Positions 1-10,000 of a DNA stretch of 64,000 bases are shown here, in pieces; the first letter of the stretch is position 1, and every line of letters begins with the position of its first letter. The stretch comes from an uncultured Nitrososphaerota archaeon (GTDB taxonomy: Archaea; Thermoproteota; Nitrososphaeria; Nitrososphaerales; CADDZS01): positions 288,001-352,000 of the forward strand of contig CAWCYI010000004.1 in the NCBI GenBank assembly GCA_963799845.1. The letters run 5' to 3'. Under the pieces are notes generated by a model. It had not been told where the DNA came from and ran no database searches. It saw only the letters and a list, made by a program, of their open reading frames with translations. The position numbers were made by a program, and so were the translations under genes.

Positions 1-123
1 AGGTTTCTGCGCATGTGAGCGCTTTTTGGGCACCTGCTTTCTCCAATTGAAACAGCTCGATTCATGACCTTTTTTCCCTGACCAAAACTCTGAAAGCGCC
101 TTAATCCTTTCAGAGTTAAGCAA

Positions 124-1026
124 ATGACTCAAGTCGAGATCATCGGCGTCCCACTCGATCTCGGGGCAGACAGAAGGGGTGTTGACATGGGCCCCTCTGC
201 CATCAGGTACTCCGGCCTGTCAGAGAAATTGAAGGCCCTGGGCATCAAAGTTGAGGACAGGGGAAACATCGAGACGCCTATCGCAGAGGCGATCAAAGTG
301 GAGTATTCGAACGCAAAGTATCTCTCTAATGTCAGGGGAGTCTGTCTCCGCCTCTCGAGGGAGGTCTCTGCGTCTCTGAAACAAAACAAGATCCCGATAG
401 TTCTGGGAGGAGACCACTCGATTGCTATCGGTACTCTCGCCGGGATTCATAACGGAATGAAGAACGAATTCGGTGTCATATGGCTGGACGCGCACGGTGA
501 TTTCAATACCCCGAACATTACTCCGAGCGGAAACATTCACGGCATGAGCCTAGCATTCTCCGCGGGTCAGGGCTCGAAATGGTTCCCCAGCCCTCCCTGG
601 CCAAAGAGATCCGTAGATCCCAAGAAGATCGCAATCGTAGGCGCAAGACAGCTGGACCCCGCCGAGCGAACGAACCTGAAAGAAATGGGTGTTCGAGTTC
701 TCTCTATGGAAGACATCGATAGATCAGGAATGAAATCGATCATGTCAGAAGCGATAAGTCTCGCATCAAGCGACGGGCAGAATAAGATCCACGTCAGCCT
801 CGACATGGACCTTCTGGATCCGACAGAGGCGCCGGGAGTTGGAACACCGGTCAGGGGAGGCGTGACATACAGGGAAGCGCATCTTGCGATGGAGATGATA
901 TACGAATCCGGGCTAATGAAATCTCTCGAAGTTGTCGAGGTGAACCCGATCTTGGACCAGCAGAACGCCACGGCGGAACTCGCGGTCGAACTGATTCTCT
1001 CGGCGATGGGGAAGCGAATAATATGA
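124..1026 (+). CDS. rocF: Arginase
   Basis: GGDHS, DAHGD, SGNIHGM, DMDLLDP and EVNP ureohydrolase/arginase motifs. Confidence 0.93.
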   Translation: MTQVEIIGVPLDLGADRRGVDMGPSAIRYSGLSEKLKALGIKVEDRGNIETPIAEAIKVEYSNAKYLSNVRGVCLRLSREVSASLKQNKIPIVLGGDHSIAIGTLAGIHNGMKNEFGVIWLDAHGDFNTPNITPSGNIHGMSLAFSAGQGSKWFPSPPWPKRSVDPKKIAIVGARQLDPAERTNLKEMGVRVLSMEDIDRSGMKSIMSEAISLASSDGQNKIHVSLDMDLLDPTEAPGVGTPVRGGVTYREAHLAMEMIYESGLMKSLEVVEVNPILDQQNATAELAVELILSAMGKRII

Positions 1027-1082
1027 CGAAAACTGATATCTGGAAAGGTTTTAATCCCTAATTCAGACCATTGATATTTGCG

Positions 1083-1292
1083 ATGCCTGAACAATCATGT
1101 CCAGAATGTGGGGCTTCGCTGTTCTATGACACCTCTACCAAGAGATATGCCTGCAAGGGTTGCGGTCTGTACGTTACAAAGGACGAGCTCGTTAACATCA
1201 GGGATAAACTTCACAACCAGACGGACGAGTCCAGGAAGAAAAGGGCCCAGCAGAGCGAATATCTGGAGTGGTGGCTGTCCTCCAAAAAGTAG
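1083..1292 (+). CDS. Small zinc-ribbon protein
   Basis: CPEC...CKGC; ATG at 1083 downstream of GGAAAGG-TTTTAAT (BRE-TATA). Confidence 0.75.
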   Translation: MPEQSCPECGASLFYDTSTKRYACKGCGLYVTKDELVNIRDKLHNQTDESRKKRAQQSEYLEWWLSSKK

Positions 1293-1365
1293 CAAGCCTC
1301 AAGTTACCGAGACTGGGAAACCTTCGGGTTTCACCAGTTATTTTAGAAAAAACAATTAGAGCGGA

Positions 1366-1683
1366 TTACTGTTTCGAAGAAAGGTTCACTTCAATGAAAA
1401 CGTCTTCAGGGACGCGCAGTCTCATGAGCTGTCGCATCGTTCGATCATCCGCATCAAGATCAATCAACCTTCGGTGTATCCTCATCTCCCATTTATCCCA
1501 GGTTTTTGTACCCTCGCCGTTCGGAGACTTCATAGTGGAAATCTGCAATTTTTTTGTAGGAAGCGGCTGAGGACCCTTGACCTTTACCCCAGTTTTTTCC
1601 GTAATGTCCTTGATCTCCTTGCAAACATCTTCAAGGCCTCTCAAGTTCGTACTGGTTAATTTAACGCGCGCAAAAGTTGCCAT
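1366..1683 (-). CDS. rps10: 30S ribosomal protein S10 (uS10)
   Basis: KGPQPLPTKK, WEMRIHRRLID. Confidence 0.97.
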   Translation of the reverse strand: MATFARVKLTSTNLRGLEDVCKEIKDITEKTGVKVKGPQPLPTKKLQISTMKSPNGEGTKTWDKWEMRIHRRLIDLDADDRTMRQLMRLRVPEDVFIEVNLSSKQ

Positions 1684-1761
1684 TTTCTTCGCTCTTTAAC
1701 TCTGCTCAAGGCAATCTGTCCGCATGCCTATTTAGTCTTAACTCAATTGCAGGGTGGTACG

Positions 1762-2449
1762 ATGCAGAAAGATACAACGCCCAGGAAAAAGTACAGGTTT
1801 GACCTTTCTATAGACCTCACTCATCCGTTGGAAAACGAAATGCCGGTTTATCCCGGAGATCCTTCACCGTCATTTGAGCCGGCCGCGACAATCGCAAAGG
1901 ACGGGTCAACTTGACGCGAATGACGCTTGGCTCGCACACGCGTACTCATATGGACGCACCGGTCCACTTTATTCCGAGTGGATTGGGATCGACCAGATCC
2001 CCGTTTCAAGTCTTTTTGGAGAAGAGCTTGTCCTCGATCTTTCCTCAAAGCCTGTCGGGTCTCGAATTTCAGCCAGCGACCTCAGAGAAAAGCTGGATGT
2101 CCTAGTCCAGAAGGATGATTTTGTCCTCTGCTATACCGGCACGAGCGATCTCTGGGGAAATCCGAAAGCGAACTCGAACTTTGGTTATCTTTCGGTTGAT
2201 GGTGCAAAATATCTTGTGTCATAGAAAATCAGGGCTTTCGGAATAGACTCTTTGAGTGTGGAAGAGTTCCATGACCGAGGCGCGCCCACCCACAAGATGC
2301 TGCTCTCAAACGGGATCTTTATCGTGGAATCACTGTCAAAGGAATTGAAGCGCATTTGCGGAAAGCGGATTTTTTTCATAACACTGCCGATAAGATTGAA
2401 GCCCGGAGACGAGGCTCCCTGCCGAGCCATTGCTGTTCCTGTAGAGTAA
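1762..2449 (+). pseudogene. Cyclase/kynurenine formamidase family, disrupted
   Basis: DLTHPL..MPVYPGDP, HTxTHMDAP, GIDSLS and APCRAIA motifs lie in three frames. Frameshifts at ~1905 and ~1988, in-frame TAG at 2222-2224. Confidence 0.8.
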
Positions 2450-2461
2450 TTTAGAGCAAAA

Positions 2462-3415
2462 TTGAAAGCTGATCAATGCAGAGTGGGAGTGGCGTACGGC
2501 CCGGAATCAGAGCTTTACTCCTTCCCGGAAAATCATCCCATGAACAGTTCCCGAACTAGACTATTTTTCGAAGCATTGAAAAAAGTGCCAGATGTCGAGA
2601 TCTCGAGACCTGCAAGGGCAACTGATGATGACCTGCTGCTCTTTCACGGGAAGGAGTACGTCGAGTTTGTCAAGGAGAAATCAAAATCAGGATATGGCTA
2701 TCTTGACTTTGGAGATACACCGGCATTTCCGGGAGTTTACGAAGCATCACTCTACACAGTAGGCAGTACCCTTTATGGCCTCGAGATGATTTCACGCCGA
2801 AAAATGGATCATTTTTTCAATCCGGTCGGAGGGCTTCATCATGCTCGGAGGGACAGAGCTGGCGGCTTTTGCGTTTTCAATGATGCCGCCATCGCGATCT
2901 CAAGATGTCTGAAGGAGGGAATATCTCGCGTGGCATATGTCGACATTGATGCGCACCATGGCGACGGTGTCTATTACGGATTGGAGGAGGATGAAAGGGT
3001 GATAATCGGTGACATCCACGAAGATGGCAGGTTCCTCTATCCTGGGACAGGTTCAGCGGATGAGACCGGAATCGGAAAAGCAAAAGGAACTAAAATGAAC
3101 ATACCGCTTTCTCCTAGAAGCGGAGACAAGGAATTCATTTCGAGCTTCGCGGAGATCGAGAATTTCCTTGAAGGTTTTGAGCCAGAATTTATCTTCTTCC
3201 AGTGCGGAGCGGACGGGCTGAAGAACGACCCGATAACCCATCTAGAATATTCTTCAAATGCACATAGCTACGCCACGAAAAGGCTCCATGAGCTGTCTCA
3301 CAAGATATGCGACGGAAGAATAATTGCGATGGGTGGGGGAGGCTATAATCCAGACAACGTGAGAGATGCCTGGATTTCAGTTGTAGAAGGTTTGAAAGAA
3401 AAAGACAGGAATTGA
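2462..3415 (+). CDS. Histone deacetylase/AcuC family deacetylase
   Basis: GGLHHA, GGFCVFND, DIDAHHGDG, GADG..DP, GGGGY. Confidence 0.92.
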   Translation: MKADQCRVGVAYGPESELYSFPENHPMNSSRTRLFFEALKKVPDVEISRPARATDDDLLLFHGKEYVEFVKEKSKSGYGYLDFGDTPAFPGVYEASLYTVGSTLYGLEMISRRKMDHFFNPVGGLHHARRDRAGGFCVFNDAAIAISRCLKEGISRVAYVDIDAHHGDGVYYGLEEDERVIIGDIHEDGRFLYPGTGSADETGIGKAKGTKMNIPLSPRSGDKEFISSFAEIENFLEGFEPEFIFFQCGADGLKNDPITHLEYSSNAHSYATKRLHELSHKICDGRIIAMGGGGYNPDNVRDAWISVVEGLKEKDRN

Positions 3416-3433
3416 GGACGAATAGTCCTCAAA

Positions 3434-4765
3434 CTAGGCTTTGGCGACAGCTTTCGCCGTCTCTGCAACGCCCTTCTCCGTTATTTCGCGAACGACTCCA
3501 GCAGCAATTGTCGTTCCCATGTCCCGTAACGCAAAACGTCCTAGTTCAGGGAACTCTTTGAAGGTCTCGATGCAGAGAGCTCTTAGTGGCTTTATGATGA
3601 CGATCGCAGAATCGCCCGTCTTGATCGATTTCGGCTTCTCCTCGACGGGCTGACCCGTTCTCGGATCGAGCTTTGACTCAATTTCTGTAATCGTCGCAGC
3701 TACTTGAGCTGTGTGAGCATGTAGCACCGGAGTATAACCTGCCGCAATTGCAGTTGGATGATGCACAACGATGATCTGCGCCCTAAAGGCTTTCGCGATG
3801 GACGGTGGATTATTTGCAGGGCCAAGAACCGAGCCTCGTTTGATTTCTCCTTTTCCAATTCCTCTAAGGTTAACGCCGATATTGTCGCCTGATTCAGCTT
3901 CCTGCATTTGCACATGGTGAGACTCGATAGTCTTGACTTCACCCGTTAGCCCTTCAGGCATTACGATAACCTGATCCCCGACTTTCATCTTGCCAGTCTC
4001 TATTCTACCGACAGGGACTGTTCCAACTCCGGTAATGGAGTAAACATCCTGCAACGGCATTCTCAACGGTTTGTCAGTTGGCTTTGGTGGCTGTTCAAAT
4101 TCGTCAAGGGCTTCCTTCAAAGTAGGGCCCTTGTACCAGGGCATGTTTGTGCTCTTCTTGACTAAATTGTCTCCCAGCCATCCGGATACCGGGATGAACC
4201 TGATTTTTGAAACGTTGAACCCGACCGTCTTGAGGAGCTTTTCCATCTCCGCCTTTACTTCGTTGTACCTCGCCTCTTTGAATCCGATAATCGGATCATC
4301 CATTTTGTTTATGCAACAAACGATCTGATTAACACCCAGGGTCTTTAGCAAGAAAGCGTGCTCCCTGGTCTGTCCGCCAGGACCCGTTCCGACTTCGGTC
4401 TCTCCGGGCTTGCCGGAAACGAGGACTACTGCGCAGTCCGCTTCAGAAGCACCGGTAATCATGTTCTTTATGAAATCGCGGTGGCCGGGCGCATCAATCA
4501 AAGTAAACGAATACTTTTGTGTCTCGAATTTTTGGAACGCAAGGTCAATAGTGACTCCTCGCTCTCTTTCGTCCTTGAGGCTATCCATGACCCATGCATA
4601 CTTGAAAGTGTCACCCTTTCCAGTTTTTTCCGATTCCTTTGCAAATTCATCTATAGTTCGCTGGTCAACAGCGCCCATGTCAAACAAAAAGTGACCCATG
4701 GTAGTGGACTTGCCGTGATCAACGTGTCCCGTAACAATTAGATTCAAGTGAGGTTTTACTGCCAA
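3434..4765 (-). CDS. tuf: Translation elongation factor EF-1 alpha
   Basis: GHVDHGKST, DAPGHRDF, NKMD, GRFALRDMG. Confidence 0.98.
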   Translation of the reverse strand: MAVKPHLNLIVTGHVDHGKSTTMGHFLFDMGAVDQRTIDEFAKESEKTGKGDTFKYAWVMDSLKDERERGVTIDLAFQKFETQKYSFTLIDAPGHRDFIKNMITGASEADCAVVLVSGKPGETEVGTGPGGQTREHAFLLKTLGVNQIVCCINKMDDPIIGFKEARYNEVKAEMEKLLKTVGFNVSKIRFIPVSGWLGDNLVKKSTNMPWYKGPTLKEALDEFEQPPKPTDKPLRMPLQDVYSITGVGTVPVGRIETGKMKVGDQVIVMPEGLTGEVKTIESHHVQMQEAESGDNIGVNLRGIGKGEIKRGSVLGPANNPPSIAKAFRAQIIVVHHPTAIAAGYTPVLHAHTAQVAATITEIESKLDPRTGQPVEEKPKSIKTGDSAIVIIKPLRALCIETFKEFPELGRFALRDMGTTIAAGVVREITEKGVAETAKAVAKA

Positions 4766-4845
4766 GTTTCATAGTACACCTTTGATAAGGCCCTAATACC
4801 CAACTATGTCTTTTAAACCTTTACCGTTTTCTTGAAAAAATTATT

Positions 4846-5442
4846 CTAACGAGAGGACATTGCGATCCTTTCTTGCTCGTTCTTTCTCTTTATGGAAAAA
4901 CTGTTAGTGTCATTGTTTGCTGCCTGGATAATTTCATCCGCAAGAATTTCTTCCACGCTTCGAGATGAAGAAAAGGCAGCTTGGCGCAAGCCTTCGGAGA
5001 TGAATCTCAAAGCCAAATCCACCCTTCTGCTTGGCGCAATATCAACGGCGACGTGATAAACCACTCCTCCATAAGCTATCCGCGTCGTATCTTCATTTGG
5101 GGCAGCGTTCTCAACCGCCCTAACGATAACTTCGATCGGATTATGCCCCGTCTTCAAGTAAACGATGTCCATGACGGAAGCGACAATTTTTAGGGCCCTT
5201 TGCTTCTTCCCGCCCATTCGGCCGGCATTTTTCGAATACTTCTTGCCAAAGTGCATGATGTTGTTAGCAAGCCTCTCGACGATGTTTACCTCCAGTTTTC
5301 CGAATTTCTTGTGCTCGTGCCTTCCCATCGAAGTCACGGCAATCGACGGCTTTAGCGATATGGCCCTTTGGAGGCCCGCGTCCTCGATCTTGATTCCCGC
5401 TACGTCCCACTTTTCAAATAAGAGTAATTTCGGTTCAGGCAA
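4846..5442 (-). CDS. rps7: 30S ribosomal protein S7 (uS7)
   Basis: Archaeal S7: NAAPNEDTTRI..GG, AVDIAPSRRVD, ERIAMSSR. Confidence 0.97.
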   Translation of the reverse strand: MPEPKLLLFEKWDVAGIKIEDAGLQRAISLKPSIAVTSMGRHEHKKFGKLEVNIVERLANNIMHFGKKYSKNAGRMGGKKQRALKIVASVMDIVYLKTGHNPIEVIVRAVENAAPNEDTTRIAYGGVVYHVAVDIAPSRRVDLALRFISEGLRQAAFSSSRSVEEILADEIIQAANNDTNSFSIKRKNEQERIAMSSR

Positions 5443-5447
5443 ATCAA

Positions 5448-5903
5448 TTACCTCCTCGGTTTTTCCTTGCGGCCATAAACCAGTTCGTTAAGGGAAACGT
5501 CATTTACCTTGTAGACTTCAAACCTTACTCCCGGGATATCGCCCATCGCGCCTCCCGTAGAGCCACCGATACCCTGGATTGCCACTTCGTCGTGCTCGTC
5601 TATGAAATTAAGCGCGCCGTCACCAGGGAGAAACGCCGTCACCTGCTTACCATTCTTCACAAGCTGGACCCTAACACACTTTCTGATCGCAGAGTTTGGC
5701 TGCTTGGATTCGATACCAATCTTTTCCAGGACAATGCCTCGCGCCTGCGGCGCACCTTCAAAAGGATCTGCTTTCTTGTCAAGCATAAGCATCCTACGTT
5801 TGTAATATTTATCAGACCAGCGCAGTCGCTGTCTTTTCTGAGCTTGCTTCCTAGCGGCAAACTCACCATTTGGAGACTTGGACTTGCTCAAAGTACTAAT
5901 CAA
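5448..5903 (-). CDS. rps12: 30S ribosomal protein S12 (uS12)
   Basis: [23 protein letters not shown]; true start may be a few codons downstream. Confidence 0.97.
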   Translation of the reverse strand: MISTLSKSKSPNGEFAARKQAQKRQRLRWSDKYYKRRMLMLDKKADPFEGAPQARGIVLEKIGIESKQPNSAIRKCVRVQLVKNGKQVTAFLPGDGALNFIDEHDEVAIQGIGGSTGGAMGDIPGVRFEVYKVNDVSLNELVYGRKEKPRR

Positions 5904-5936
5904 CCTCTCTGAATCTTATAAAAACGTATAGCCTTT

Positions 5937-6383
5937 TCATGAAGGGGTTACTATGTGGATCGTCTCGATCGAATAATATCGCTTCGCCAAAAGTCTCGCC
6001 TTTTCCGCGTTCCTTCCGCCCTTGCCGAGGATCGCGCCCTTTTTCTTCTCGTCGACGACAACCGTGGCGCTCTTAGATCCATCCGGTTTTTCGGTCATTC
6101 TAATCTCCGTGATCAACTGAGGGTTCAACGAGTTCATTATGAACTGCTTTGCGTCATCCGCCCATTCAACTAGTTCGACCTGCTTTCCGAGAGCTTTCTG
6201 GACTTTTTTGATCGTCTCGCCCGATTTTCCGATCGCGAGGCCCATCTCCCCACGACTGACCACAAATATCACTCTCTCAACCTTTGTGTCGATAACGCAA
6301 TCCCTTGCAGTTGCGCCCGAGATGTTTTGAAAAAGCGACATCAACCCGAGTTCTTCGGAAGTAAGTTTGATCTTGTCAGTCAA
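5937..6383 (-). CDS. nusA: Archaeal NusA (KH-domain)
   Basis: Two KH GxxG motifs (AIGKSG, ILGKGG); conserved position between rpl30e and rps12. Confidence 0.93.
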   Translation of the reverse strand: MTDKIKLTSEELGLMSLFQNISGATARDCVIDTKVERVIFVVSRGEMGLAIGKSGETIKKVQKALGKQVELVEWADDAKQFIMNSLNPQLITEIRMTEKPDGSKSATVVVDEKKKGAILGKGGRNAEKARLLAKRYYSIETIHIVTPS

Positions 6384-6471
6384 CTCGACGATGTCGCTCC
6401 TGGAAGTGTTTTACGCTTTGACGGCCGTGGGATTAAGTAATTTAAACGAAGCGTTTTACTGAAATTCGGAT

Positions 6472-7072
6472 CTATTCTTCGTCATCGGATTTTTTCGTCT
6501 TCGCTACCTTTTTCGGTTTCTTGGCATTCGTCTCTTCGTCTGACTTTTTCGGTTTCTTGGCATTCGTCTCTTCGTCTGACTTTTTCGGAGACTTCACTTT
6601 TTCAGAATCTTTTTTCTTCTCTTCTGTGGACTTTCTTACCTTCTTAGGTGCTGGCTTGTCAGTTTCGTCCTTTTTCTTCGATTCTTTCTTTGGCGTTGCC
6701 TTTTCAGTTTCCTTTGGCTTTGCTATCTCAGTCTCCGGTTTCGAGACAATCATGCTTCCCGAGTGGTAATCCGAAGAACTCATAAATCCGGACAAATCGG
6801 CATCGCCGGCAGCCCTTAGAGCAATTACCGAAACACGAAATGGAATTCCGCAAGCCCGCCCCAACTCCACCGAATTGCCGCTGAATTTTAATGCGGGTAC
6901 CGAGAGCTTCCGACACTCATCCAATATCATCTGTGGAACATTCGCCGACGCAGACCATACCAAGAGCTTCGTTCCCTTGATCGCGTTCGGAACCTCACGC
7001 CGGCCAACGATGTAGCTGCCCGTTTTTGCAGCTGAGCTTCAGTTGTTTTTGTAGTTCTACATTTTCCGGCAT
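6472..7072 (-). CDS. rpl30e: 50S ribosomal protein L30e with Lys/Glu-rich C-terminal extension (apparent +1 frameshift at ~7034)
   Basis: Removing one base in AGCTCAGCT joins MPENVELQKQLK to AAKTGSYIVGRREV...GNSVELGRACGIPFRVS; canonical operon position. Confidence 0.88.
6508..6588. repeat. 36-bp tandem repeat (2.25 copies) encoding PKKSDEETNAKK
   Basis: ctttttcggtttcttggcattcgtctcttcgtctga at 6508-6543 and 6544-6579, partial copy to 6588. Confidence 0.9.
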
Positions 7073-7085
7073 GATTACTCACTCA

Positions 7086-10000
7086 CTAGACTCCTCTCAT
7101 GAATACATCGATCATGCCCGTCCCGACAGGAATCGGAAGCCCCACAATGACATTTTCGGTGACTCCTCTTAGATCCTCTGTTTCCCCGCGAACAGCCGCT
7201 TCTGCGAGCGTCGGAACAGTGATTTCAAAAGCAGCTCTGGCAAGAACGCTTGTCTTCGTACCAGCGACGCCGTGTCTTCCGATTTGTTGCAGGAACCCCT
7301 TGCTCGTCATAAGGTCAGCAACCAAGTAAATGTGCCTGATATCGACTTCCAGTCCTTGTTCTTCGAGTGTACCTATAATTTCTCTAACGAGAGCAGCCCT
7401 GGCGGCTTCTATCCCCAGCGCCTGGTAGATTTCGAAGATGTTGTTGGTTGTTGTTCTCGCCTTGTCGACTCCCTCTATCGCTCTGACCTTTTGAAGGTTT
7501 GAGCCCGAAGTCTGAATTTTCCACTCCTCACCCTCTTTCACGACGGTGACTCGATCTATGCCTGGTATGCCCTTTACTTTCTGATTGAGAATCTTGTTCT
7601 TGTGAATATGCAGTGAAGCGAAATCAACGTCGATCTTTATCGTTATCACATTGGTCTTCTGGTCAACTGAGACTTCGCGTTTTGGAGACTCGATTGCGGC
7701 AATTATGTCAGACATCTCGCATTGCCTTTCTGCCATCTTCTCGTTGCTGACTGACAGGTATATCTCGCCAGACGGATCGACTTCAGCCTTTGAAATTACA
7801 TTTGCCACTTTGGTGAATCTGATTTGGTTCGCCACTTTGATTGCTTTTTCATTTGATTTCTTCGTTGCATCGTCCAACAGGACATCCATTGATGGTGTTG
7901 CGGGTTGCTTTCTTGCATCCACTAGTTCGATTAACCGGGGAAGACCCAGCGTGACGTCTCTTTCTTTGACTCCCGCAAAGTGGAAAGTCCTCAGGGTCAT
8001 CTGAGTACCAGGTTCTCCGATGGACTGTGCCGCGACAATTCCAGATGCTTCTCCCGGTTCAACGGTGCTTTTCTTGACGAGTGCGACAACTCTTTCGCAC
8101 GCCTTCTCGACTGATTTTGGATCAAGTTTCGAACCTATTAGTGCGTCCATCAGGTCCTGTCGCAATTTCGGATTCAAGTCGGATGAGTATTTTTCAACAG
8201 TTCTTACTATGGTACTCTCGGCAGCAGCTTTCGCTGGATCAGAGCTGAGGGCAATTGTATCGACTAGTCGTTCTAGGTTGACTGCTCTACCGTGGTCGCT
8301 TTTTGCAGGGTCTACTCCGTCTTCCCCGTACTTGAACTGGATGACGTTGCCATTCGGGTCCCGGACCGTTAGATCGTATTCGACCTTGAGGTGCTCGAGC
8401 GCGTTCACAAGACGTCGTTGCATGTAACCGCTTTGTTGTGTTCTGACCGCAGTGTCAACAAGCCCTTCTCTGCCGCCCATGGCGTGGAAAAAGAACTCGA
8501 TCGGATTTAGCCCGTCCCTGTAGTTCGAACGAACAAACCCTCTGGCATCCGGACTGGGATCGTTTTGAGAGAAGTGAGGTAAAGCGCGGCGCAAATATCC
8601 CTTTTCAATCCTCTTGCCACGAACAGACTGTTGCCCGAGAGCAGCTGTCATTTGACCCAAGTTCAGAGTTGATCCCCTAGCACCAGTTCGAGCCATGATG
8701 ATTCCCGCGTTCGTCGGCGAGAATGATTTGTCGGCAATTCTACCTGCCCTCTCTCTTGCCCTGGAAAGCTCGTTTGCAACGTAGAATTCGAGAGCATCCT
8801 CCGGTGAAAGGCCTCTAGTTTCCGGAAGAGTTCCATTCCTATACTGAGTATTGAGGTCGCTCACTTTCGCGTACGATTCATCAAGCGTCTCTGAGATCTT
8901 AGCCCGAATTTCTTCCGGAAGCTCTAGTTCGTCAAAACCGTAGCTGAATCCAGATCTCGTGATGAAGGCTTTCAGAAGTCTAAGAATCGAGTTGAGAAAG
9001 TTCCTCGCCTCGTCAGTTCCATAGTCCTTCGCAATCCTGTGGAGTATGGAGTCGGACTCTTCTGCACCGATCGCAGCTCTGTCAATAACGCCACTAAGGA
9101 GAGTCCCATTCTTTATGACGACATCCTTTCCTGCTCCCCTGGAGCTCTTTTCCCATTTTGATACGAGGACGTAGTTGAAGTCGGAAGGAAGGAAAAGTGA
9201 GAAGAGTTGTTTTCCGGAGTAAAGCGCCTGTGGCTCTGTTTTCTCAGGCTTTGGAAGATCAGCTCCGGCAGGATATCCACCGGCCACCGCCAAGTTCGTA
9301 AACTCCTCCCTCGTCACATATGTTCCGTCTTTCGTAAGCAAATACGCAGCAGTCAGAAAGTCCCTGATTCCGCCGATGATTGGACCGCCGTATCTCGGAG
9401 ATAAAATCTGATCTTGCACTCGCATAAGCGTCAAGGCTTCAGACCTTGCTTCCTCGCTCTGCGGTACGTGCAGGTTCATCTCGTCGCCGTCAAAGTCAGA
9501 GTTGTACGGGGGGCAAACTGCCGGATGAAGCCTGAATGTTCTGTAAGGCAATACTTTGACGTAATGAGCCATGACTGACATCCTGTGGAGCGAGGGCTGT
9601 CTGTTGAAAATTACAATGTCCCCATCGACAAGATGTCTTTCGACCACGAAACCTGGCGCGAGCGAATCGGCGTGCATTTGCAGATCAGTGACGTAATCGA
9701 GTCTGATCTTTATCCCATCCGGTCTGATGATGTAGTTAGCACCCGGATGCTTGAACGGTCCGTTGAGGATCAGTTTCTTTAGAAATTCGATGTTCCACGG
9801 CGAAGTTTTTTCTGGAATGGTAAGTTTTCTCGCAACTTCAAATGGAATACCGACCTCGGAGATATCAAGCGAAGGATCTGGAGAGATCACCGTGCGACTG
9901 GAAAAGTCGACACGTTTTCCCGAAAGACTGCCTCGAAATCTTCCTTCCTTGCCCTTTAGCCTCTGGCTGATTGTCTTGAGTGGCCGGCCGCTTCTGTGAT

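Noticed and set aside
2222-2224. In-frame TAG in the cyclase gene as pyrrolysine/readthrough
   Set aside because: The same gene has two frameshifts, TAG is a normal stop in many genes here (e.g. tuf, rps7, arcA), and no pyl genes are in the window.
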